A stretch of 64,000 bases of DNA, from positions 77,118 through 141,117 of the forward strand of contig VMGE01000002.1 of the NCBI GenBank assembly GCA_007376395.1. Direction: 5' to 3'. Of the stretch, positions 1-8,774 are shown piece by piece. The notes below the pieces were generated by a model. The model saw only the letters and a list, made by a program, of their open reading frames with translations. It did not search any database and was not told where the DNA came from. Each line of letters begins with the position of its first letter. The stretch's first letter is position 1. Made by a program: the position numbers and the translations under genes. Source of the stretch: Microgenomates group bacterium Gr01-1014_5 (lineage in GTDB: Bacteria > Patescibacteriota > Microgenomatia > UBA8517 > UBA10165).

Positions 1-184
1 GATAGTACTGTTCTGAGGCAAAAACAGTTTTTCTAAATGGCACTTTTTAATTTTATGAATTATTACCGTATGTGTCAAGCTAGTTCACACCTGGTGTGTA
101 TGGGGACTGCCTTTGCCGTTTTTTTGGGGCAAGCGTAATCACTCTTTCAACCCGCAGCATGGCTTTATTATACTACCTGTCACA

Positions 185-1318
185 TCATCGGTAATTATTA
201 GCTTCTATACCCACAAGATCGTTAACGTGACCAATTCTTTCTTTGTCTAAATATTCTGCCACGCCTCTGGTTATTCTTCCCGGAAGAGTGAGCCCGACTT
301 CGCGCGAACCAGAAACAAATTGCAACCCCTGAGCACCTGCTTTTATTGTCTCTAGAGCCGCACTGGATCCATTTATTCCTCCGACTCCAATAACTGGTAC
401 TTGCCCTTCTGTACTTCTATAAACATGCGCAATAATTGTATTTACAATTTTTCTGTAATCCGGGTCTGCTCCTGACAATCCGCCTGCTTCGTTTCTCCAG
501 TGTTCACCATATTTAGCTTTTATGTCTGGGTCTGTAGTCGTATTTATACATACCAGACCTGCCAGTTTTTCGTCAACTACTACTTGGATTACGTCGTCAA
601 CAGCCCCAAGAGGCATTTCCGAGATTTTAACAAACGTCGGTATTCTTCCCCCGGTTTCATCCATAACTGCGTTTACCCTCTGAGCAATTTTTGTTAAAGT
701 ATCTTTTCCTTGAAGATTTCTGAGTCCGGGTGTGTTTGGAGAAGAAACATTTATGGTAAAATAGGCCGCGTAAGGCTTTAGTGCTCTTGCCACGACGCCA
801 TACAAAATTGGTGCTTCATCCGAAGTAATTTCTTTGTTGATTCCTAAATTAAAACCAATTGGAATTCCGCTCTTTGCGTATCTTTTAATATTTCTTATAA
901 CGGCATGAACCCCTTTGGCATTAAAACCAAGCCTGTTTAGTATTACTCCAGGTTCAGATGCAAGCACAAATTGTCTCTTTTTAGGATTCCCTTCCTGGTC
1001 AGCAAAAAGTACGGCTCCGAATTCAGGAGAGGCAACGCCAAGTGCATGCCAAGCAAGAGCAGTTATACCTTGTTTATCAGAACCCGCGCCAAGCATAAGA
1101 AAATTCTCTAAAGGTACTCCTCCAACTGTAATTTTTAATCTCTCGTCTGAAAACCGCGCTCCTTTGTATGCACACAATCTTTCCAAAACTTTCAAGGTTA
1201 ACGGCGAAGCTTCTGCTAAGTGGAGAAGGTTGCTGGCCCAAATATGAGCAGTTTCTGTTGGAACTATATTGGTTCTGTCCAATAAGTCTAACGTTGGTCT
1301 AACAAATTCTTTATACAT
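185..1318 (-). CDS. pyrD: dihydroorotate dehydrogenase (quinone-type, class 2)
   Basis: 377 aa ORF with DHOD class-2 motifs (NLGxNK, SSPNTPGLR, GVGGI); TIM-barrel FMN enzyme pattern. Confidence 0.85.
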   Translation of the reverse strand: MYKEFVRPTLDLLDRTNIVPTETAHIWASNLLHLAEASPLTLKVLERLCAYKGARFSDERLKITVGGVPLENFLMLGAGSDKQGITALAWHALGVASPEFGAVLFADQEGNPKKRQFVLASEPGVILNRLGFNAKGVHAVIRNIKRYAKSGIPIGFNLGINKEITSDEAPILYGVVARALKPYAAYFTINVSSPNTPGLRNLQGKDTLTKIAQRVNAVMDETGGRIPTFVKISEMPLGAVDDVIQVVVDEKLAGLVCINTTTDPDIKAKYGEHWRNEAGGLSGADPDYRKIVNTIIAHVYRSTEGQVPVIGVGGINGSSAALETIKAGAQGLQFVSGSREVGLTLPGRITRGVAEYLDKERIGHVNDLVGIEANNYR

Positions 1319-1334
1319 TTTAATAACAAAATGG

Positions 1335-2399
1335 CTATCGGTAACTTAGAGGTTGGCCAAAACCTGGCTTAACTAAAACTTGTCCGTTCTCAAATACTAA
1401 AGAACTGCGAATAGTAACCCTTTTTATACGTCCCCTTAATTTCCATCCCATAAATGCTGACCAGCCGCATTTAGTTTTTAAATCTTTCTCTGTTAAAACG
1501 TACTCTTCGTCAGGATCAATTTCAATAAAAGTATTGTTGTCGGTTTTAATTGAGAAAACCTTTTTTGGCCCTTCAAACATTAAACGGACAAGATCATCCA
1601 AAGAGAGTTTGCCTTCTACTACCTTTGAGTACATAAGAGGAAATGCCGTTTCTAACCCTGGTACGCCAAACGGCGGAGTGGCGCTTTCTTTTTCTTCTTT
1701 TGTATGCGGCGCATGGTCTGTCGCAATCATGTCAATTGAATCAAGATTTTCCCATAACGCCTCAACATCAGTTCTTGTTGCCAAAAATGGTTTCATCCTT
1801 CCATATGGACCAAGATTTACAGCATCTTCGTTAGTGAGTAAAAGATGGTGGGGGGTAACTTCACAAGTAACAGGAAAACCTTCCTGTTTTGCCCTTTTAA
1901 TCATTTCTATTTCTGACGCCAAACTAATATGGCAAATATGTAATCTCCTGTTTGTTTTTCTGGCCATCTCCAAAGCTCTCTTGCACGTTCCTTCTTCGGC
2001 GTGCACCAAAAGCGGCTTGTCTTTAGGCCAAACAGAAAAGACTTTTTCTATAAGCCGGTCATCTTCTATAAGTAAATCGCCAGTCGTTTGGTTCATGTAG
2101 ACTTTTAGACCTGCGACCAAATCGCGAACCTTTTCAAACTCACCGGTATTGTCTCTCGGGCTTGCACCGAAATGAAAACCATAGTCACAAAGAGTTTTGA
2201 CGCGGGCAATTTGCTCTTTATACTGCAAAGCTTCCAGGCTAACTGTTGGCTCTGGGTTGTTCGGCATATCGACTATTCCTACAATCCCGCCAGCTAAAGC
2301 CGCCTCACTACCGGTCGTAAAATCTTCTTTATGGGTTCCACCTGGATCGCGAAAATGAACATGGGGATCTATTAAACCTGGCAATTCCTTTAAAGACAT
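1335..2399 (-). CDS. pyrC: dihydroorotase-like amidohydrolase
   Basis: N-terminal DPHVHFRDPG metal-binding motif of cyclic amidohydrolases; adjacent to pyrD. Confidence 0.7.
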   Translation of the reverse strand: MSLKELPGLIDPHVHFRDPGGTHKEDFTTGSEAALAGGIVGIVDMPNNPEPTVSLEALQYKEQIARVKTLCDYGFHFGASPRDNTGEFEKVRDLVAGLKVYMNQTTGDLLIEDDRLIEKVFSVWPKDKPLLVHAEEGTCKRALEMARKTNRRLHICHISLASEIEMIKRAKQEGFPVTCEVTPHHLLLTNEDAVNLGPYGRMKPFLATRTDVEALWENLDSIDMIATDHAPHTKEEKESATPPFGVPGLETAFPLMYSKVVEGKLSLDDLVRLMFEGPKKVFSIKTDNNTFIEIDPDEEYVLTEKDLKTKCGWSAFMGWKLRGRIKRVTIRSSLVFENGQVLVKPGFGQPLSYR

Positions 2400-2478
2400 T
2401 GTGCTATATGCTACAAAATTAATAATGCTAAATCAACTAGTTTTGCTTTCTAGGCTCAATTGAAGCATAATTACATGC

Positions 2479-3948
2479 ATGATTTCAGTACAGAACTTAT
2501 CTTTCTCATATGGCGGGCATATCGTTTTTGATGATATTTCTCTCCTTGTTAACGATAACCAAAAGGTTGGACTTGTCGGCCCAAATGGCGCTGGAAAGTC
2601 TACACTCTTGGGATTAATCTCTCAAAATCAACAAACTGATATTGGCCGTGTCCAAGTTGTGGGTTCAATTGCGTCAGTTCCTCAAGAAATTAAACACGAC
2701 CCGGCGCTTGATAATAGTTCCTCAATCCGCGCGTATCTTGACCCGGAACACGAACACTATGATTTTGAAGTCACAAAGTTTTTAAAAGGTTTAGAACTCT
2801 CCCGTTTGAATCTTACCGATAGCGCAAAATTACTTTCCGGCGGACAAAAAACGCGCCTTGCCATTATTAGAGCTCTCCTTGCGGAACCAGACATTTTAAT
2901 TCTTGATGAACCAACAAATTATTTAGACACAAAAGGTAAAAAATGGGTTATGGATTTTATTTCGACTTATCAAAAATCTATTATTATCGTCTCTCATGAT
3001 CTGTCGTTACTTGACCATTCGATAGATAAAATTCTTTTTATTAACGCTCATACAAAAAAGATTGAGGAATATAAAGGAACTTATGCGCAATTTTTAAAAT
3101 TGCGGGAAGAGAAAATAAATCTTACAAAGAAGCAACACAAAGCTTCTGCTGCCCATATACAAAGCATGCAAGAAGGTTTGCGTATGGGAACGCAAAGTGT
3201 CAAACAAAGAATACAACTGCAAAAACGAATTGAACGGGAAAAAGAAAAACTTCCAGAATTACCACGGGAAGCAGCTGGTTTAAAAAACATCAGACTCCCA
3301 GAGCCTACTAGAGGTGGACAAATCCCGCTTAGCGTAAACCATATTTCCAAGTCATATGGAGACAACAAAATTTTAGATAATGTAAATTTCTATCTCGAAC
3401 GCGGGGAGAAGTTAGCTTTAATCGGTAAAAATGGTGCAGGTAAAAGCACACTTGTAAAAATTTTAGTCGGTCTTGAAAGTCCAGATTCTGGAGAGGTCGT
3501 GAGGGATGTAAATTTAAAGCTTGGGTACTATTCCCAAGAACATGAAGTTTTTGATTTTGCAGAAACAGTAATAAAAACTATACAAAACGCCTGTCATTTA
3601 AACGACGGTCACATCCGCTCGATTTTAGGCAAATTTATGTTTTCTGAACAGAAGATTTACCAAACTGTGGGGACATTATCTGGCGGAGAAAAAACAAGAC
3701 TGGCCATCGCTCTTTTAGTATTACAAGACTACAACTTATTAGTGCTTGACGAGCCGACGACCTATCTTGATGTTTTATCGCAAAGAATAATTCTCGAAGC
3801 GTTAAAGGAATATAAAGGAGCAATGATTATCGTTTCGCACACAGAAGAGTTTATTAAAGAGCTGGCGCCATCCCGGGTTTTATTGTTGCCGGAAAACAGA
3901 ATCGACCACTGGCACGATGAATATCTTGCAAAAGTTGGTGAGGTTTAG
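2479..3948 (+). CDS. ABC-F family ATPase (two tandem ABC domains, no TM domain)
   Basis: Two Walker A motifs (GPNGAGKST, GKNGAGKST) and two signature motifs (LSGGQKTRLA, LSGGEKTRLA) with a charged linker; CATAAT -10 sits 7 nt before the ATG (leaderless-like). Confidence 0.85.
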   Translation: MISVQNLSFSYGGHIVFDDISLLVNDNQKVGLVGPNGAGKSTLLGLISQNQQTDIGRVQVVGSIASVPQEIKHDPALDNSSSIRAYLDPEHEHYDFEVTKFLKGLELSRLNLTDSAKLLSGGQKTRLAIIRALLAEPDILILDEPTNYLDTKGKKWVMDFISTYQKSIIIVSHDLSLLDHSIDKILFINAHTKKIEEYKGTYAQFLKLREEKINLTKKQHKASAAHIQSMQEGLRMGTQSVKQRIQLQKRIEREKEKLPELPREAAGLKNIRLPEPTRGGQIPLSVNHISKSYGDNKILDNVNFYLERGEKLALIGKNGAGKSTLVKILVGLESPDSGEVVRDVNLKLGYYSQEHEVFDFAETVIKTIQNACHLNDGHIRSILGKFMFSEQKIYQTVGTLSGGEKTRLAIALLVLQDYNLLVLDEPTTYLDVLSQRIILEALKEYKGAMIIVSHTEEFIKELAPSRVLLLPENRIDHWHDEYLAKVGEV

Positions 3949-6110
3949 ACGGTTTGACCATGACGGACGGCAGCCGTTTTTTGTCCCACAATTTGGGCAG
4001 TAATATTTGCCGGGACTTCGGCATAGTGCGACGGTTCAACATAAGAATTTGCACGGCCCTGAGACATTGAGCGAAGAGCTGTTGCATAGCCTTGGAGTTC
4101 AGCCAAGGGAACAAGGGCGTTAATCACTTGGAAAACTCCTCGGGTTTCTGTTTCTTGGATTTGTGCGCGGCGACTAGATAAATCGCCAATTACGTCTCCC
4201 ACAAAGGCACTTGGTGTAGAAACGGCAACGTGCATGATTGGTTCGAGCAACACTAAACCCGCGCGTTTCACCGCGTCTTGGAAAGCCATAGACCCAGCAA
4301 TCTTAAAAGCGATTTCTGAAGAATCGACGTCGTGGAAAGATCCGTCAAAGACTGCGCATTTAACGTCAACCATCGGGAAACCAGCTAAAACTCCGTTTTC
4401 TGCCGCCTCTCGGTATCCTTTTTCGATTGCCGGGATATACTCCTGTGGAATTGTTCCTCCTTTAATTTCTGAAATAAATTCTATGCCTTCACCGCGGCCT
4501 TTTGGTTCAACCCTTAACAAACAATGCCCATATTGCCCGCGTCCTCCGGTTTGGCGGATATACTTTCCTTCTCCCTCAGCCGAACCCTTAATTGTCTCTT
4601 TGTAAGCAACTTGCGGCGCGCCAGTTGTGGCTTCAACTCCATACTCGCGCTTCATGCGGTCAACTAAAACTTCAAGCTGTAATTCTCCCATTCCAGAAAT
4701 AATTGTCTGTCCGGTTTCATGATTTGTCTTGACACGGAAAGTAGGGTCTTCTTCTCCAAGCCTGCTCATTGCGTGTCCCAATTTTTCTTGATCCTGACGA
4801 GTTTTTGGTTCAATCGCAAGTGAAATAACCGGCTCAGGGAATTTAATATTTTCTAAAATTATGGGGTGCGCTGGATCACAAACCGTATCTCCTGTGACCG
4901 TTTCTTTTAATCCGACTGCTGCCACAATTTCTCCAGCATAGGCTTCTTCAACCAGTTCTCTTTGATCTGCGTGCAGCAAAACCAAGCGCCCCACACGCTC
5001 ATCTGCTCTTTTGGATGTATTTAAAACAGGCGTTCCGGTTTTTAATGTCCCTGAATAAATCCTCAGCCAAACGAGCCGTCCAATGTGAGGATCAACGTTA
5101 ACCTTAAACGCCAAGGCTGAAAATGGCTCTGACTTGTCCGGGCTTCGGGTTTCTTCTTCACCTGTTGCCGGGTTTTCACCTTTAACTGGTGGGACGTCTA
5201 AAGGTGAGGGGAGATATTCAACAATCGCGTCTAAAATTCTTTGTACTGTCGGCATGCGGTTATCCCCACCCAAAACCGGAAAAAACTTGCCCGCGACCAC
5301 GCCTTTGCGGATTGCGCGTTTGATTTCAGCTGGGCTAAGCTCGACCCCGTCAAGGTATTTGTTTAAAACATCGTCATCGTATTCTGCTACGCGCTCTAAA
5401 AGTTCTGCTCGATACTTTAAAGCTTTTTCCATTAACTCTCCCGGGATTTCTTCTTCGGTAAGCTTGCTGTCTTCTACTGCTTTGTAGGTGTAAGCCTTCA
5501 TCTCAATCAAATCGACAACGCCACGCAGCTCGTGTTCTATTCCAATCGGCATATCGACAGGCGCCGCATTAGGGTTTAAGCGTTCGCGGATTGAGGTAAT
5601 AGACCCTTCCCAATCTGCGCCGATAAGATTTAATTTATTTAAGGAACAAATTCGAGGGACGTTATATTTATCCGCCTGATGCCAAACAGTCTCTGACTGG
5701 GGCTCAACACCAGTTCTGCCGTCAAAAATCATGCATGCTCCGTCTAATACGCGCAAAGACCTCTCGACTTCAACTGTAAAATCAATGTGTCCAGGAGTAT
5801 CGATAATATTTATGCGGTGGGATTCTTGGGGAACATCTCCTTTAATATTTGTTGTCCAAAAAGTAGTAATCGCGGCAGAAACTATGGTGATTCCCCGCTC
5901 GCGCTCTTGATCCATCCAGTCGGTGACCGTATTTCCTTCGTCGACTGAACCATATTTATAGGTTTTTCCGGACTCGAATAGAATTCGCTCTGTGGTCGTT
6001 GTTTTTCCAGCGTCAATATGGGCAATAATCCCCATGTTGCGGATCCACTCCAGCGGAAGTTCACGGTTCTCGGTTGTAGTTGTAATTAATGCACCCTTTT
6101 TTGCTGCCAT
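3945..6110 (-). CDS. fusA: elongation factor G
   Basis: AHIDAGKTTTTERIL G-domain motif and full EF-G domain order; good SD GGAG upstream; 3' end overlaps the convergent ABC-F gene by 4 bp. Confidence 0.95.
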   Translation of the reverse strand: MAAKKGALITTTTENRELPLEWIRNMGIIAHIDAGKTTTTERILFESGKTYKYGSVDEGNTVTDWMDQERERGITIVSAAITTFWTTNIKGDVPQESHRINIIDTPGHIDFTVEVERSLRVLDGACMIFDGRTGVEPQSETVWHQADKYNVPRICSLNKLNLIGADWEGSITSIRERLNPNAAPVDMPIGIEHELRGVVDLIEMKAYTYKAVEDSKLTEEEIPGELMEKALKYRAELLERVAEYDDDVLNKYLDGVELSPAEIKRAIRKGVVAGKFFPVLGGDNRMPTVQRILDAIVEYLPSPLDVPPVKGENPATGEEETRSPDKSEPFSALAFKVNVDPHIGRLVWLRIYSGTLKTGTPVLNTSKRADERVGRLVLLHADQRELVEEAYAGEIVAAVGLKETVTGDTVCDPAHPIILENIKFPEPVISLAIEPKTRQDQEKLGHAMSRLGEEDPTFRVKTNHETGQTIISGMGELQLEVLVDRMKREYGVEATTGAPQVAYKETIKGSAEGEGKYIRQTGGRGQYGHCLLRVEPKGRGEGIEFISEIKGGTIPQEYIPAIEKGYREAAENGVLAGFPMVDVKCAVFDGSFHDVDSSEIAFKIAGSMAFQDAVKRAGLVLLEPIMHVAVSTPSAFVGDVIGDLSSRRAQIQETETRGVFQVINALVPLAELQGYATALRSMSQGRANSYVEPSHYAEVPANITAQIVGQKTAAVRHGQTV

Positions 6111-6137
6111 TTCTCACTCCGTTCGAAACAAGTTTTC

Positions 6138-6171
6138 TTTTGACAAGAAAAGAGAAGCCTGTTTGGCTTCT
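6138..6171 (-). terminator. putative rho-independent terminator after the RDD-SPase gene
   Basis: Minus-strand stem AGAAGCC/GGCTTCT (7 bp, 5-nt loop) followed by CTTTTCTT. Confidence 0.4.
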
Positions 6172-6256
6172 TGGATGTTATTTTACCAAATTAAGCCTAA
6201 TTGCGCAATGTGCTTGCTTAAAAGAAGTCTAATTTACCACTTAAAATGAGCGAATG

Positions 6257-7195
6257 CTAATTCCCCCAATATTTAAACCAAACTTTTCCTTCTATTTTCT
6301 CCCATTTAATTGGACCCCAGCTTCTGGAGTCTGAGCTTCGATCTCTATTATCACCCAGCAGAAAGTATTCATCTTCACCGAGTGTGCGCCCTTGTCCTTC
6401 AGGCGAAAAAAACCCGCCAGAAGTTTGCATACCTGTTGATAAATATGGCTCTTCTAAGACTTGTCCATTAATATATACCTGTCCATTTTCTATCTTTATC
6501 GTTTCCCCGGGCAGACCAACAATACGTTTAATGTATATATTTAGACCTCCAGATGGTTCTTCAAAGACAACTACCTCTCTTCTTTCAAAATTTAGATCGC
6601 CCAGTCCAAACTTCCTAACAAGATAATATTCCCCGTTTTTGTAGTTTGGTGCCATTGCTTGGCCTGTAACTTGCACTGGCCAGACAAGAAATAAATAAGC
6701 CAGTATTAATACTGGTATTCCCATAAGAGCAAATGCCGATAGTAAAAATAATGACCAACGTTTAAAGGCTGAGGGTATAGATTGCGTGCGAGGAATAAAA
6801 TTTCCGGAATTATCAACTTTTAAAACTAGAGAGCCTGCAAGTTTATCGTGCCATGCTTGCCGTCTCTTGTCGGGAATTGCCCACAAATATCCCAGGTTTA
6901 ATATTCCAGACAGTATTCTTCCAATCGTTTCGCGAACGATAATTCGCTTTAAGGAAAGTTTATGACCCTCTTTGGAAACGACTTTAATATGCAGTACCTT
7001 TTTACCTAAAGTTTGACCTTGTTTATTAAGAAAATATATATTATAAGCCAGAATACTGAAAATAATAAGTACGTCAGACAACGTCTTTGGAATAATAAAA
7101 GATAGTAAGAAGGCGGGGAGCACAGCGATGAGACCATCTAAGGCATATGCAAGAAATCTTTTAAAGATTCCAGCTGTTTGGTACTGCTCGTGCAT
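6257..7195 (-). CDS. RDD-domain / type I signal peptidase (S26) fusion protein; nucleophile Ser replaced by Ala
   Basis: N-terminal RDD-family TM domain (GQTLGKK, WHDKLAGS). C-terminal SPase I boxes: GQAMAPN aligns to GDSMxPT, and the GCA Ala codon was verified in the DNA. YIKRIVGLPGE (general-base Lys) and GDNRDRSSDSR are conserved. Confidence 0.75.
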   Translation of the reverse strand: MHEQYQTAGIFKRFLAYALDGLIAVLPAFLLSFIIPKTLSDVLIIFSILAYNIYFLNKQGQTLGKKVLHIKVVSKEGHKLSLKRIIVRETIGRILSGILNLGYLWAIPDKRRQAWHDKLAGSLVLKVDNSGNFIPRTQSIPSAFKRWSLFLLSAFALMGIPVLILAYLFLVWPVQVTGQAMAPNYKNGEYYLVRKFGLGDLNFERREVVVFEEPSGGLNIYIKRIVGLPGETIKIENGQVYINGQVLEEPYLSTGMQTSGGFFSPEGQGRTLGEDEYFLLGDNRDRSSDSRSWGPIKWEKIEGKVWFKYWGN

Positions 7196-7232
7196 AAATT
7201 AGCATAACATAATAATAAGACTCTACAAACTT

Positions 7233-7258
7233 GTTACCATGTTTTAAAACATGGTAAC
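7233..7258. promoter_or_regulatory. 26-bp perfect palindrome GTTACCATGTTTTAAAACATGGTAAC in the divergent promoter region
   Basis: Exact inverted repeat read from the sequence, lying between the RDD-SPase gene start and the TrpR-like gene start; candidate operator. Confidence 0.5.
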
Positions 7259-7265
7259 ATAGGTT

Positions 7266-7709
7266 ATGACGCAGGTTTCTAAGAGATATTTATCTTCAGA
7301 TGTTCAGAAAAGAATGTTTGAAGTATTTATTAACGCCGTAAGTAAAGCAAAGTACCGCCGCGACGTAGCAAGCTTCTTGACCGATTTACTTTCTCCAACA
7401 GAACGAATCATGCTAGCTAAAAGACTGGCGATTGCTTATCTTCTGGTCAAAAAGAGTTGGACTTACAGAGAAATTTCCCAAATACTTAAAGTAAGTCTCG
7501 CTACAATACAGCGTGTATCGTTGGTCTTAAACGTTCAGGGTGACGGTTATAGAAAAATTGTTAATTCGCTTCTAAAAGATGAACAAATTGAAAACTTTAT
7601 GAATAAGGTTGCGGACGCTATAACAGTAATTCCGCCAGGAGGAGCTAACTGGAAACAATGGAGAAAAGAAAGAGAGGCGGAGAAAAGATCCCGTACAAAA
7701 GCTTTCTAA
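7266..7709 (+). CDS. TrpR/YerC-YecD family HTH DNA-binding protein
   Basis: LLSPTERIMLAKRLAIAYLL...SQREIS...VSLATIQRVS pattern typical of Trp-repressor-like YerC/YecD proteins. Confidence 0.6.
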   Translation: MTQVSKRYLSSDVQKRMFEVFINAVSKAKYRRDVASFLTDLLSPTERIMLAKRLAIAYLLVKKSWTYREISQILKVSLATIQRVSLVLNVQGDGYRKIVNSLLKDEQIENFMNKVADAITVIPPGGANWKQWRKEREAEKRSRTKAF

Positions 7710-7716
7710 TGTTTCA

Positions 7717-7730
7717 GTGTTTTAAAACAT
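7717..7730. promoter_or_regulatory. second copy of the TGTTTTAAAACATG core palindrome
   Basis: Same 14-bp core as the centre of the 26-bp palindrome, 8 bp after the TrpR-like stop codon. Confidence 0.35.
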
Positions 7731-7833
7731 GAAAACAAGAGAGATGTTAACTCTTTAGTCCGGAGCACCAACGAGAATGTCAATAGCTCTACAACAAAGA
7801 AGGTTTCTTTGTGTGTCGGGGAAATTCCATGAT

Positions 7834-8310
7834 TTACCACTTAAAGTGAGCAAATGCACGATTGGCTTCTGCAACACGCTCAATTTCTTGTCTTTTGGCC
7901 ATTGAAGCGCCTTCACCTTTATGAGCATTCATAATTTCCATAGATAATTTATGAGCAAAAGTTTTATATTGAGCGTTTGGAAGAGAATTCGCGGCATTGA
8001 CCAACCAACGGATAGCTAAAGATTCTTTACGCGGACCGCGCACAGCCATAGGGACTTGGTAAGCCGCGCCTCCGATTCTGCGCGGGCGGACTTCCATGTT
8101 TGGTTTAATATTTTCAACCGCCTGTAAAAATACTTTGAGCGGTTCTTCTTGGAGTTGTTCGCGGATTAGTTCAAAAGCGCGGTAGACCTGCTTTTGAATT
8201 ACAGAACGCTTACCGTCGCGCATTGCACGGTTAATTAGCTTGGTTACCATCTCGTGTGGATAAACCGGGTCTTTACTAACCAGTCTGGGTTTTACTGCAC
8301 CTTTTCGCAT
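7834..8310 (-). CDS. rpsG: 30S ribosomal protein S7
   Basis: Characteristic S7 sequence; directly follows rpsL. Confidence 0.95.
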   Translation of the reverse strand: MRKGAVKPRLVSKDPVYPHEMVTKLINRAMRDGKRSVIQKQVYRAFELIREQLQEEPLKVFLQAVENIKPNMEVRPRRIGGAAYQVPMAVRGPRKESLAIRWLVNAANSLPNAQYKTFAHKLSMEIMNAHKGEGASMAKRQEIERVAEANRAFAHFKW

Positions 8311-8318
8311 ATTATTTA

Positions 8319-8756
8319 TTACTTAGCCGCTACCGGCCTAGTCCCTCCTTGCGGCCGTTTTGCGCCGTATTTTGAACGGGAACTCTTTCTACCTTCTACC
8401 CCGCCTGTATCAAATTTTCCGCGCACTACATGGTATTTTACTCCTCCCAAATCTTTAACGCGCCCTCCACGCACAAGAACTATGGCGTGCTCGGCTAAAT
8501 TGTGACCTTCTCCTTGGATATAGGCAGTAATTTCCTGTTTATTAGAGAGCCTAACCCTCGCAACTTTGCGCAAAGCCGAATTCGGCTTTCTAGGAGTCAT
8601 TGTGCGTACCTGCAAAACAACACCACGCTTAAACGGCGCGGTTATCTCGCTAAATTTGCGGTCTTTGTTATTCCACCAACGACGCAAAGAAGTTGCTTTT
8701 GTCTTCTTTGGTCTAAACGTTCTACCTTTTCTAACTAGTTGTGATGCTGTAGGCAT
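8319..8756 (-). CDS. rpsL: 30S ribosomal protein S12 (with ~20-aa internal insertion)
   Basis: PTxxQLVRKGR N-terminus, [13 protein letters not shown] and GGRVKDLPGV core; 145 aa versus the typical ~124 because of an insertion after the N-terminus. Confidence 0.95.
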   Translation of the reverse strand: MPTASQLVRKGRTFRPKKTKATSLRRWWNNKDRKFSEITAPFKRGVVLQVRTMTPRKPNSALRKVARVRLSNKQEITAYIQGEGHNLAEHAIVLVRGGRVKDLGGVKYHVVRGKFDTGGVEGRKSSRSKYGAKRPQGGTRPVAAK

Positions 8757-8774
8757 AATTGAGGCTATAGTATA

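Noticed and set aside
100-140. Possible terminator (GCCTTTGCCGTTTTTTTGGGGCAAGC) downstream of pyrD
   Set aside because: Only a 5-bp imperfect stem can be drawn and the T-run sits in the loop, not after the stem; too weak to call.
7717-7730. GTTTTAAAAC palindromes as rho-independent terminators for the TrpR-like gene
   Set aside because: The stem is all A/T with essentially no loop, and no U-tract follows; a protein-binding operator reading fits better.
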